Source: a bacterium (GTDB taxonomy: Bacteria; Myxococcota_A; Bradymonadia; UBA7976; UBA1532). Taken from it: DNA of 64,000 nucleotides. The notes under the pieces are model-generated. The model made no database searches. It was not told the DNA's origin and worked only from the letters and a program-made list of their open reading frames with translations. Position numbers and translations under genes: made by a program. The stretch spans positions 1,336 through 65,335 of the forward strand of contig JAUHXC010000051.1 in NCBI GenBank assembly GCA_030427205.1, given 5' to 3'. Position 1 is the first letter of the stretch. Every line of letters starts with the position of its first letter. This document shows positions 28,984 through 37,742 of this stretch, piece after piece.

Positions 28984-29921
28984 GTTCTCGCCGGCCGCAA
29001 GCCGATGTCGCTGAAGCCGTAAGCGGAAGCTGCGGCCCGGCGATATGCTACGCGGCAGCGCCCGGCGCCCGAATACCACCCGCAGCCGCGAGAGACGCGA
29101 GCGTCTGAGAGATCCCGAAGCAATGGGGCATCACTCTGATGAGGCTTGATACCCTCCTCCGGGCTCTTGCTCTCGGTCCACTCCCAGACATTGCCCAACA
29201 TGTCGTAGAGCTTCCACGGGCTGGCCGCCCGACCGTCTGGAAGTCCATGGCTCACCGGGTGCGTCTCATCCGCGTTCGCCCCAAACCAGGCGATGTCGCT
29301 CAGTTCGGCCCCGACCTGGGCAGCATAGCTCGCCGACATAGTGCCCGACCTAGCCGCATACTCCCATTCCGCTTCACTCGGCAGGCGATAGCCAGAACAA
29401 CCTTCGAGCGACTCGATTGCATCACATGTGAAGCGGTCGTGGGCACCATCGTGGGGATCACCCACGCAACCTTCCAGGCGATAGCATGATGCCAACCCCT
29501 CCCGCGCCGAGAGCCGGTTGAGGTACAGCAGCGCCGCGTACCACGTCACCCGCTCCACCGGCAGCCTGTCACCGCGAAAGAGTGACGGGTTGCCGCCCAT
29601 CACCGCCCGCCACTGCGCTTGGGTCACCTCGGTGCGCCCGATCGCGAACGTGCGCCGCCCGGGCTCTCCGATACGCACCCGATGTCGGTGCTCATTGTTG
29701 TATCGCCCCGGCTCGTCCTCCGGCGAGCCCATCCAGAACTCACCCGGCGGCAGCACGACCATCTCCGGCCGCAGCGGCTGCGTGGCATCGAGCGGCGGCG
29801 GATCGGCGGCTTTCACCCGCCCACGCAGCCCCACCGCGGCCAGCGGCAGCGCGACGCCGAGCGCGACGAGCACCACACCGCCGGCCAGCGCCCGGCGCGC
29901 CGGGATGACGCGATCGCTCAT
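28953..29921 (-). CDS. FGE-sulfatase (SUMF1/formylglycine-generating-enzyme fold) domain protein, membrane-anchored
   Basis: An N-terminal TM/signal anchor is followed by the hallmark motifs YRLPSEAEWEYAARSG, YDMLGNVWEWTE and RGCGW. Confidence 0.7.
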   Translation of the reverse strand: MSDRVIPARRALAGGVVLVALGVALPLAAVGLRGRVKAADPPPLDATQPLRPEMVVLPPGEFWMGSPEDEPGRYNNEHRHRVRIGEPGRRTFAIGRTEVTQAQWRAVMGGNPSLFRGDRLPVERVTWYAALLYLNRLSAREGLASCYRLEGCVGDPHDGAHDRFTCDAIESLEGCSGYRLPSEAEWEYAARSGTMSASYAAQVGAELSDIAWFGANADETHPVSHGLPDGRAASPWKLYDMLGNVWEWTESKSPEEGIKPHQSDAPLLRDLSDARVSRGCGWYSGAGRCRVAYRRAAASAYGFSDIGLRPARTWFLDRPNSP

Positions 29922-30209
29922 GGCATCGCTCGCAGAGAGCCAGCGAAGTCATACGCAGTGAAGCAGTCTGAGGATGTCGGTCGCGCCATCAGCGGATATC
30001 GCTCCTACCGGCTCCCGGTACGCAAACGCAGGCTCACCCGTCCTCCGCCGGCTGCGGTTACACGACGCGCTCGGCGCCGTCCGGGCTCACGCCGAGCCCC
30101 TCGGATGTCCTGGTGCCATGACCGTGGATTATCGATCGGATCGCATGGGCACCACGCGGCGGGGCTCACAGGGAGAACCCGATCAAGATTGGGCCAAGGA
30201 GCCAGAGGT

Positions 30210-33200
30210 TCAGGGGACAAGAGGCCAGGTTCTCGCCGGGCGCAGCCCGAGGGAGCGGTTGCGGTAGGCCGGGCGGACGGCGTAGCGATTCGCTGCGCGG
30301 CAGAACCCCGCCGTCGAGTTCCACCCGCAGCCGCGGGAGACACGGTCGCGCGGGAGGGGGGCTTCGACGGGGGTTGCTTCAGAGCGGTCGGTGATATCGT
30401 TCTCGTAAGCATCCTGAACCCATTCGTAGACGTTGCCGATGATGTCGTACAGGCCCCAGTCGTTGGGCTGGCGTTCGCCCTTCACCGGCGCCTGCGCGCC
30501 CCCCGAGCCGTCGTATACCGCGATGTCTGCCAGCGCGCCATATCGCGCCCCGGTCGTGCCGGCGCGGGCCGCGTACTCCCACTCGGCCTCGGTCGGCAGG
30601 CGGTAACCCGCGCAGTCGAGGCCGGCGAACGTCACCGCCCCGCAGCGGAAGTTATCCGCGTTGGTGCAGGTGAACCACCCGTCCTGCCGGCCAATGTCGC
30701 AGTTCCCGGAGCCGAGCTCGCCAACACAGTTCAGAACCCGATAGCAAGGCTCCAGCCCCTCAGCCTTAGACAGCGCGTTCACGTAGGCCACCGCCTCGAA
30801 CCAGTTGACGCTGTCCACCGGGTAGTCGGCGCCGTCACGGCTCGGGCGGCTCTTCATCAACGCCGTCCACTGCGCCTCGGTCACCTCCGTCTCGGCCAGC
30901 CAGAACCCGCGGGTGAGCGTGACCGCGTGCTGGCCTTCGTTGTCGAAGCGCCCCTCTTCGTCCAGGGGGCTGCCCATCATGAAACGCCCCGGCCGAACCG
31001 GCAGCATCGCCGGCCGGTTGTCGGTGGCTGCCAGGACCCGCGCGGCTTCGGCCCCGGCGTCCAGGGCAGCGTCGACCGCAGGCTCAGCGTCGACCAGCGG
31101 CGCGGGCGCGCCACCGTCCACCGGGCCGCCATCCGGCGGCCCGGCGTCGGGCAGCCGCAGGATGCTCGTCGGCGCCGCCACCGCCGCCGCCTCGGCCGTC
31201 AGCGGTCGCGCCTGCCCGACCTCCAGCGTCCAGAGGTCATCGCCGGCCGCCTGCGGGACCTGCGCCCCGCCCCATACGCCATCGAGCAACCACAAGCCCA
31301 GCCACAGCACAGCCGCGGCCACCACAGCCCAGGCCAGCGGCGCGCGCACGCTGCCCCGATCGAAGCCGCCCGCCGAGACCACCTCGCCCGGCGCGCCCCG
31401 CCCCAGCGCGTGGTCCAGGTGCAGCGCGGTCGCGCCGTCGATCGTGGCGCGGCGCACCCGGTCGAAGCCCTCCAGCATCTGCCGGGCGTCGGCCGCGAGC
31501 GCGGTCCCCAGGAACGCGTCCACCCGCGCGACCGCGCCCGCGCTCGGCGCCCGCCGCAGGTCGTACATCGCCTGCCGCAGCCGATCGGCCTCGGCTTCGC
31601 CCGGCGCGCGCGGCCCGCCTTGTCGTGCGGCGAGGGAGGCCGCCTGAGCCTTGGCGATCCGCGCGTCGATCGCAGCCAGGTCACCGATGCCATCCAGCGC
31701 GGCCCACGACGCGAGCAAGTCTTCCTCCGCCGGCACCAGCCGCGACCGCTCGGCCAGCCCCGGCCCGCGCTCGCCGCGGGCGGCGCGCATGCCTTCGAAG
31801 GCATCGATGACTGCCTGCACATGCCATCGCTCGGTGAACACGGCCTTCACCGCGGGCAGCGCCTCGCGCAGAGACTCCGCCCCGTCCCACTCGGCCTCGG
31901 GCACCAGCGCGCAGGCCGCGGCCCACTCGGCCAGCGCGGCGCGATACCCAGGCGTGTCCTCATCGGGCAGCCCCGGCCAGCGCGGCGCGCGCCCCGGCGG
32001 ATCGCCGCCCAGACGCCGGGCGGCGGCGACCAGCCCCTCCGGCGTCATCGGGCAGCGCGCCAGCCCGTCGCTCTCGATCAGGTGGGCATAGCGCGCCTCA
32101 GTCGCCCCACGCCGCGCGGGCGGCCGCGGATCGGGATCGACCCAGACCCGGTCGGGCCACGCCCGCAGCAGCTCGGTCCAGCGCGCCTCGCCCTCGCGGG
32201 CGTCGGTCAGCAGCCGATGGGACAGGATCAGCAGCGGCCCGTCACCGAACCGCCGCGCCACTTGAGCCAAGGTATGCCGCCGCCCGTCTTCGTCGGTGAG
32301 CCAGTCGGGCCGCCGCGAGAACTCGAACGCGCGCAGCGGCACGTGCCGCTCACGCCAGAAGCGCACCAGCCGGTTGAACCCGCCCAGCCAGACGTGCTCG
32401 CCGCTGCCCTGGTCGACGAAGATCGTCAGCGGCTGGTCGATCCGCCGCACCTGCGGCACTACCCGCAGCTGGCCCGCGGCCCGCGCCGTGGCTTCGGCGG
32501 TGGCCTCGGCGTCGATCCGCTGGCCCGGCCGCGCCTGGAAGATCTGCCCCAAGACATAAGCCGACGCGTCGGCCCCGGCCGGCGGCGCGCGCCACTCGGT
32601 CGGCGCGCGGCGGGTCGTATGGGCCCGCTTCTCCGCGGCCAGCCGCCGCCGATCGGCCTCGGCAGCACGCGCCACGGCCTCGCGCTGCTCGATCTCGAGC
32701 GCGCGGCGGTTGCGATAGCGATCGAGCAGCACGGCGCCCATCGCGATGAGCGCCGCGCCGAAGAGCCACGCCAGCCAGTCGCCCAGATCGAAGACCGCCG
32801 GCGCCTGCGCGACGGGCACATGCTGCGCGCGCGGGTTGGGCACCGGCTCCAGCGTCGCGGCGCGCGATGTGGCCGCGTCTGGCATACCGGCGTCGGTCGA
32901 TGCCATCACCGAGGCATCCGCCGATGACTCATCGGATGGCATCTGCGATGGTTCAGAGATGACAAAACCGATGACGACCCCCACCGCGAGCAGCGCGGCG
33001 AAGACCCATCCGAGTGATGACTTCGATGACTCCGATGACTTCGCCAGAGGTCCTTCGATGCCATCCGCCGCGGCGCGCTGCGTGGGCTCATACCGCGCGA
33101 TCGCCGCCCGGATCCGCTCGACCTCGTCCCGATCGCGCCCGAGCGCCGCCGCGAGGCCGTCGGCCCGCGCCTCCAGATCCTCTGCGGTCTGCGCCGGCCA

Positions 33201-33302
33201 GCCCTGCCACAAACGGTGGGCCTTCAAGCGGGCGGCGACCCCCAGCGGGGCCACCTCGCGGTGGATCCGGTCGAGCAGCGGGTCGAGATCGGTCGCGGCC
33301 AT
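30210..33302 (-). CDS. large 3-TM protein: cytoplasmic degenerate vWA-like region + extracytoplasmic FGE-sulfatase domain
   Basis: TM helices lie near aa 98, 185 and 680. The region between TM2 and TM3 contains LTIFVDQGSGEHVW (MIDAS-like DxSxS). The C-terminal 330 aa carry YRLPTEAEWEYAARAG, YDIIGNVYEWVQD and RGCGW. The start lies 2 nt after the MoxR stop. Confidence 0.7.
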   Translation of the reverse strand: MAATDLDPLLDRIHREVAPLGVAARLKAHRLWQGWPAQTAEDLEARADGLAAALGRDRDEVERIRAAIARYEPTQRAAADGIEGPLAKSSESSKSSLGWVFAALLAVGVVIGFVISEPSQMPSDESSADASVMASTDAGMPDAATSRAATLEPVPNPRAQHVPVAQAPAVFDLGDWLAWLFGAALIAMGAVLLDRYRNRRALEIEQREAVARAAEADRRRLAAEKRAHTTRRAPTEWRAPPAGADASAYVLGQIFQARPGQRIDAEATAEATARAAGQLRVVPQVRRIDQPLTIFVDQGSGEHVWLGGFNRLVRFWRERHVPLRAFEFSRRPDWLTDEDGRRHTLAQVARRFGDGPLLILSHRLLTDAREGEARWTELLRAWPDRVWVDPDPRPPARRGATEARYAHLIESDGLARCPMTPEGLVAAARRLGGDPPGRAPRWPGLPDEDTPGYRAALAEWAAACALVPEAEWDGAESLREALPAVKAVFTERWHVQAVIDAFEGMRAARGERGPGLAERSRLVPAEEDLLASWAALDGIGDLAAIDARIAKAQAASLAARQGGPRAPGEAEADRLRQAMYDLRRAPSAGAVARVDAFLGTALAADARQMLEGFDRVRRATIDGATALHLDHALGRGAPGEVVSAGGFDRGSVRAPLAWAVVAAAVLWLGLWLLDGVWGGAQVPQAAGDDLWTLEVGQARPLTAEAAAVAAPTSILRLPDAGPPDGGPVDGGAPAPLVDAEPAVDAALDAGAEAARVLAATDNRPAMLPVRPGRFMMGSPLDEEGRFDNEGQHAVTLTRGFWLAETEVTEAQWTALMKSRPSRDGADYPVDSVNWFEAVAYVNALSKAEGLEPCYRVLNCVGELGSGNCDIGRQDGWFTCTNADNFRCGAVTFAGLDCAGYRLPTEAEWEYAARAGTTGARYGALADIAVYDGSGGAQAPVKGERQPNDWGLYDIIGNVYEWVQDAYENDITDRSEATPVEAPLPRDRVSRGCGWNSTAGFCRAANRYAVRPAYRNRSLGLRPARTWPLVP

Positions 33303-33304
33303 CG

Positions 33305-34363
33305 TCAGGTGCGCGCCGTGACCCGGTCCCAGTCGGCCTTCAGCTTGAGCAGGCAGCCCAGCCCCGGCAGCTCATCCCAGCCGAGGCTGGCCGACAGCTC
33401 GAAGCCGCCGTCCTTGGGCCGCACCGCCTTGTCGAACGCGGCCAAGCGCGCCTCGGCCTTGGGGTAGACGCCCGGCGTGATCAGCGTCTCGAACCAGCCG
33501 ATCAGCTCCGAGGTCGACGGCGCCTTGAGCAAGACCGCGGCGTAGCGCTGGCGCAGCGCCAGGAAAGCCTTCACCGCCGATGGGATGTGCCTGTGATGGG
33601 TCTTCGCGAAGCGCGCCTTCAGGATGCGATCGAGCCGCTCGCGATCGGGGAAGCCGACGTGATGGAAGACGCAGCGGCGCAAGAAGGCGTCGGGCAGCTG
33701 CCGCTCTTCGTTGCTGGTGATGATGATCACCGGCTTCTCGTGCGACGCCGGGTCGGGGTGACCCAGCTGCCGCCGCAATGGGATGCCATGGCTGATGACA
33801 TCGCCCCGCGCGGGGCCGATCGCGCCCCGCGCCTCGCCGTCGAGCTCCTTGATCTCGAAGCGCCCCTGATCCAGCTCACGCAGCAGGTCGTTGGGCAGGT
33901 CCCGCGGCGCCTTGTCGATCTCGTCGATGAGCACCACCCGCCGCGACCGCTCGGGCAGCCCCATCTGGGCCAGCGCCACGCCGAGCGGCATCAGCTCGAT
34001 GTACAGCCGGGCGTCCGCCGCCCGCGCGGCCCCCGCCTCGCCGCGGTTGTGCGCGTCGCCGAAGCGGCGCAGGGCGTCGTAGTGATAGAGCAGGTCGCGG
34101 GCCTGGGTATCGCTGCGCACGTAGCACTCGAGCAGCCCGTCGGCGTCCCGCGGCCGCCAGTCGGCGCGGTTGCCGGCCAGCTTGCGGGCGATGGCGAACG
34201 CAAAGTCGGTCTTGCCGCAGCCCGGCTCGCCGGTGAGCAGCAGCGGCATGCCCAGGGTGATGGCCGCCTTCAGCGCCGAGACCAGCCGCCGGTCGGCTAC
34301 GTACTCCGCGGCGGGGTCGCGCCCGTAGAAGGGCGCGGCGAAGGTGGCGATGTCGATGCTCAA
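33305..34363 (-). CDS. MoxR-family AAA+ ATPase
   Basis: Walker A LLTGEPGCGKT. Walker B VVLIDEIDKA. Sensor-1 IIITSNE. The likely start is a TTG preceded by GGAGG, 13 nt after the upstream stop. The listed ATG at 34459 overlaps the upstream gene. Confidence 0.8.
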   Translation of the reverse strand: MSIDIATFAAPFYGRDPAAEYVADRRLVSALKAAITLGMPLLLTGEPGCGKTDFAFAIARKLAGNRADWRPRDADGLLECYVRSDTQARDLLYHYDALRRFGDAHNRGEAGAARAADARLYIELMPLGVALAQMGLPERSRRVVLIDEIDKAPRDLPNDLLRELDQGRFEIKELDGEARGAIGPARGDVISHGIPLRRQLGHPDPASHEKPVIIITSNEERQLPDAFLRRCVFHHVGFPDRERLDRILKARFAKTHHRHIPSAVKAFLALRQRYAAVLLKAPSTSELIGWFETLITPGVYPKAEARLAAFDKAVRPKDGGFELSASLGWDELPGLGCLLKLKADWDRVTART

Positions 34364-34376
34364 TGGGCCTCCTGCG

Positions 34377-35993
34377 TCACGGCCGTCGGCGGCCGTCGAG
34401 GACCGCCTGGATGGCCCGGGCGAGCCGATCGAAGCAGCGCCCGCCGCGGTCGAGTTCATCCCACAGGCGCTTCAACCGCAAGCGATCGAGCTGCGAGACC
34501 CGCTCGCGCACGAGAAAAGGCAGCACGTCGTCGGCCCAATCGGGGAATTTGACCTGCTTGAGCCGGCGCACCGTCCACGGCTGGCCCTCGCCCAGCGCCT
34601 CGAAGGCGGCGAGGCGCGCGTTGAAGGCAGCGTCGGGCCGGTCATACGAGACCGCCAGCATGATGTGCAGCCGATGATAGCCGACCACGTCGCCCAGCAG
34701 CCGCGGCGCCTCGCGCTCGACGAAGTCGACGACCAGCGCCCGGTCGTCCTCTTCCCAGCCAGGGCGGATCGGCGCGTCGAAGACCACCACCAGCCGCGAC
34801 TCGTCGCAGGCGCCGGCGAGGATGTCGACGGTGGTCCCGCTGCCCCGGGGGAACTGCGCGGTCGCCCGCGACGACCAGTCTTCGGCGCTGGTCGGCGCCG
34901 ATCCGAAGCCCGAGGTCAGGTAGGGCACGCGCTTGACGGTCAGCGCCTCGGCGAGCCCGTTGTTCAGGTCGCGCTGCATGCGATCGACGAAGTGATGCAG
35001 CGCCTGGGTCGCGTCGCCGTGCAGGATGATGAGCCCCGATCGGTCCTCGCGCACCAGATCGCGCAGGCGATACCACTGCGACTCGCGGTTGAGCTGAATG
35101 GCGTGGCCCAGGGCGCCCTGCCCCTCGTCGACGTCGGCGATGGCGGCGCCCGATTCATTGGCCACCAGCGCGTCGAGGCCGTCGGCGCTGCTCGCCTGCA
35201 CGAAGGGGCCGTCGGCGGCGATCACGACCGCCACGACGGCGCCGCCGATCATCACCGGCGCGCCGATCGGCGGCGGCTCCGCGGGCGGGCAGGCCACGGC
35301 GAGCAGCATGACCCGGTCATAGCCCCGGGCGGCGTCGGGGTCGATCACCCGCGCCGCGAAGCCTGCGACGGCGGCGCTCGCGCCGGGCTCGACGGGCGTC
35401 GCGCTCACCGGCACCGTCGGCGCGCCGTAGCGCGGCGCCTCGAGCACCAGCGTAGCCCAGCCGGCGCCGGCGTTCGAGCGATCGCGATCGGGCACCGCGG
35501 CCGAGGTCTGGCCGTCGGGCGTGATGACCGCGCAGTTGACGCGACCGCGCTCGCCGTCCATGGCCAGCGCGGCGGCGGTCAGCACCCGCGCCGGCCCGAT
35601 GAAAATCCCCTGCCCCGCGCGCCGCTCGCGGGCGTCGTCGCTGCGCACGTCCACGGTCGGTGGCTCTGCCGGCGACGCGTCGGCCCGCGCCCGGACCAGC
35701 AGCGCCCAGTGACCGAACGCGTCGGCGCCGTCCACGTGGCGCACCTGACGCCCGGCGCGCTCTAGGTACAGCGCCAGCGGCGGGCGATCGAGGCCGTCGA
35801 TGCGCGAGACCTCGGCCAGCGTGCCGACGTCGAGGTCGAGCTGGTCGGTCTTGCGCTTCGCGTCGGGGATGGCGTGGATCAGATCCGCGGGCAGGCCCTG
35901 CAGGCGCACGTCGCGCGCGTGCCCCAAGAGGCCGGTCTCGGCGCACAGGTCGATGATGCGATCGTGCTCTTCGGGCCACAGCAGCCGCGGCAT
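34377..35993 (-). CDS. NTPase-system-associated protein: N-terminal helical (effector-associated-like) domain + degenerate trypsin-like region
   Basis: GC3 is high. The N-terminus reads MPRLLWPEEHDRIIDLCAETGLLGHARDVRLQGLPADLIHAIPD. The middle has GIFIGPARVLTAAALA (a TAAHC-like segment lacking the His) and NESGAAI (GDSGGP-like). Confidence 0.55.
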   Translation of the reverse strand: MPRLLWPEEHDRIIDLCAETGLLGHARDVRLQGLPADLIHAIPDAKRKTDQLDLDVGTLAEVSRIDGLDRPPLALYLERAGRQVRHVDGADAFGHWALLVRARADASPAEPPTVDVRSDDARERRAGQGIFIGPARVLTAAALAMDGERGRVNCAVITPDGQTSAAVPDRDRSNAGAGWATLVLEAPRYGAPTVPVSATPVEPGASAAVAGFAARVIDPDAARGYDRVMLLAVACPPAEPPPIGAPVMIGGAVVAVVIAADGPFVQASSADGLDALVANESGAAIADVDEGQGALGHAIQLNRESQWYRLRDLVREDRSGLIILHGDATQALHHFVDRMQRDLNNGLAEALTVKRVPYLTSGFGSAPTSAEDWSSRATAQFPRGSGTTVDILAGACDESRLVVVFDAPIRPGWEEDDRALVVDFVEREAPRLLGDVVGYHRLHIMLAVSYDRPDAAFNARLAAFEALGEGQPWTVRRLKQVKFPDWADDVLPFLVRERVSQLDRLRLKRLWDELDRGGRCFDRLARAIQAVLDGRRRP

Positions 35994-36085
35994 GGCGTCT
36001 CCCCTCGCCTGGCCGCAGTCGAGCCCATCTGCGCGCCGAGGTCAATGACAGCGGCATTACCCGGCGCGCGGAGATGAGATATGCC

Positions 36086-36114
36086 TTGACGGACGAGGCA
36101 TCGCTGCCTACCCT
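36086..36114 (+). promoter_or_regulatory. sigma70-like promoter candidate (TTGACG - 17 nt - TACCCT)
   Basis: Hexamers read directly from the sequence, ~90 nt upstream of ORF 36207. Unusually AT-containing for this genome. Confidence 0.25.
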
Positions 36115-36206
36115 CGCGGCGTCCCACTGCTGGGACCTCCTCGCCCCGCCGGTCCGCAGCCGCCCGCGGGGGTCACCGAGCCCACGCTCGGATCCAGGCT
36201 GAGCCC

Positions 36207-36473
36207 ATGTACCGTTGTGATGTCTGCGCGAAGGTGATCCCGCCCGGGATCCGTGCGCGTCGTATCGTCGTCGAAACCCAACCCCACAGCCACCCTGCCC
36301 GCACGATTCGCCAGCGCCGACGGGGCCGAAGCCGCGGCAAGCCGATGACCGATCCCGGCGGGGTCGGCCCGCAGATCGTGCGCGAAGCCACCGCCTGTCC
36401 CGCCTGCGCGAGTGACAGCGCCGACCCGAGGGAGAGCCGCCCGAACGACGGCGTCGCGCCGGATACGCCCTGA
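36207..36473 (+). CDS. small zinc-ribbon protein (CxxC...CxxC), hypothetical
   Basis: An 88-aa ORF with CDVC ... CPAC pairs. GC3 is moderate. Confidence 0.3.
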   Translation: MYRCDVCAKVIPPGIRARRIVVETQPHSHPARTIRQRRRGRSRGKPMTDPGGVGPQIVREATACPACASDSADPRESRPNDGVAPDTP

Positions 36474-36490
36474 TCGGGCGGCGTCTGCGC

Positions 36491-36535
36491 GGCGGCCTCC
36501 TGACATTTGGCAGACGCTGTCTGCCAAATGTCGGG
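36491..36535. repeat. ~45-bp repeat containing a perfect 12-bp-arm palindrome (CATTTGGCAGAC-gct-GTCTGCCAAATG), copy 1
   Basis: Intergenic, just upstream of the TRAP SBP gene. A near-identical copy lies at 38069-38112. Confidence 0.7.
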
Positions 36536-36620
36536 CGCGCACGCTCGACCACATGCCGCCGATGGGTCACAGTACCGAATGCGGGCACCCGCCCGCGTCC
36601 CGACCCACCCGGAGGCCCCC

Positions 36621-37613
36621 ATGCGTCCCCTCACCCGCCGCCGCTTCATCGGCACCTCGGCCGCGTTGGCCGCCACCGCCACCCTCGGCCCGGCCTGGGC
36701 CGATGACGTCGAGTTCAGGCTCAAGGTCGCCACGGTCGCGCCGCCCGGCACCCCGTGGGCCAAGCAGCTGCGCAAGCTCGAGAAGCAGGTGCGCGAGCGC
36801 TCCCGCGGCCGCTTGCAGCCCAAGATCCACCTCGGCGGATCGCTCGGCGACGAGAAGACCAGCGCCGGGCGCTCGGGCGACGACGCCGGCTGGGCCGGCA
36901 GCCCGTCGGGGCTCTCCGATTCGCTGCCCGAGATCAACGCCTACGAGCTGCCCTTCCTCTTCGCCGACGAGCGCCGCGCGCGGCGGGCGACCGACGGCGC
37001 GAAGATCCAGACCGACGCGCTGCTGCGCCGCGCGCGCCGCAAGCTGATCTTCACCGGCGAGCTGGGCTTTCACGCGCTGGGCACGCCCGGCCCCATCCGC
37101 AGCCCGGCCGACCTGAGCGGCCTGCGCATCGCGACGCCGCCCGGCAGCCCGCGCGGTCGCATCTGGCGCGCGCTGGGCGCCCGGCCGCAGACGGTGGCGT
37201 CCAAAGACACCGCCGATGCCTTGCGCCGCGGGCGGGTCGATGGCTTCAGCGCGCCGCCGCTCTTCGCGCTGGGCGCCGGCTGGGTGCGCGCGGGCATGCA
37301 CATCACGCTGCTGCCGATGATCTACAGCCCGCTGTTCGTCCTGGTGAGCGACTCGGCTTTCGACCGGCTCTCCGAGGCCGACCGCGCCGCGCTGACGGGC
37401 GACGCCGACGCGCGGGCGCGGGAGATGCGCGAGGCGGTCGATCGGGCCAATCGCGAAGCAGCGGCTAGGATCAGCGCGGCAGGCGCGACGTTCGCCCGCG
37501 CCGACGCCGCGCTGAAGGCCGGGCTCGCCGAGCGCACCGCGAACGTCACCGCCGAGTTCCGCCGCGGCACCTCGGCCGAGGGCCGGGCCCTGCTCGACCG
37601 CCTGCAGCGCTGA
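36621..37613 (+). CDS. TRAP-transporter DctP-like solute-binding protein (orphan, Tat signal)
   Basis: GGAGG 5 nt upstream. Twin-arginine signal MRPLTRRRFIGTSAALAATATLGPAWA. DctP-like core (FRLKVATVAPPGTPW ... LPFLF). No DctQ/M permease genes nearby. Confidence 0.6.
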   Translation: MRPLTRRRFIGTSAALAATATLGPAWADDVEFRLKVATVAPPGTPWAKQLRKLEKQVRERSRGRLQPKIHLGGSLGDEKTSAGRSGDDAGWAGSPSGLSDSLPEINAYELPFLFADERRARRATDGAKIQTDALLRRARRKLIFTGELGFHALGTPGPIRSPADLSGLRIATPPGSPRGRIWRALGARPQTVASKDTADALRRGRVDGFSAPPLFALGAGWVRAGMHITLLPMIYSPLFVLVSDSAFDRLSEADRAALTGDADARAREMREAVDRANREAAARISAAGATFARADAALKAGLAERTANVTAEFRRGTSAEGRALLDRLQR

Positions 37614-37742
37614 GCGTGACGTCAACGCTCCGACCGAGCGCCACCGGGCGATGGGCTCGCCCCCACTGACGGGCGCCCCCGGCGGTTGCACCCGGGGCCC
37701 CGCGCTGCGATAACCCGGCATGTCGCTGCGCGCGAGGGCCCG

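Noticed and set aside
34364-34459. N-terminal 32 aa of the listed MoxR ORF (ATG at 34459)
   Set aside because: It would overlap the upstream gene by 83 nt. A TTG with a GGAGG 4 nt upstream lies 13 nt after the upstream stop.
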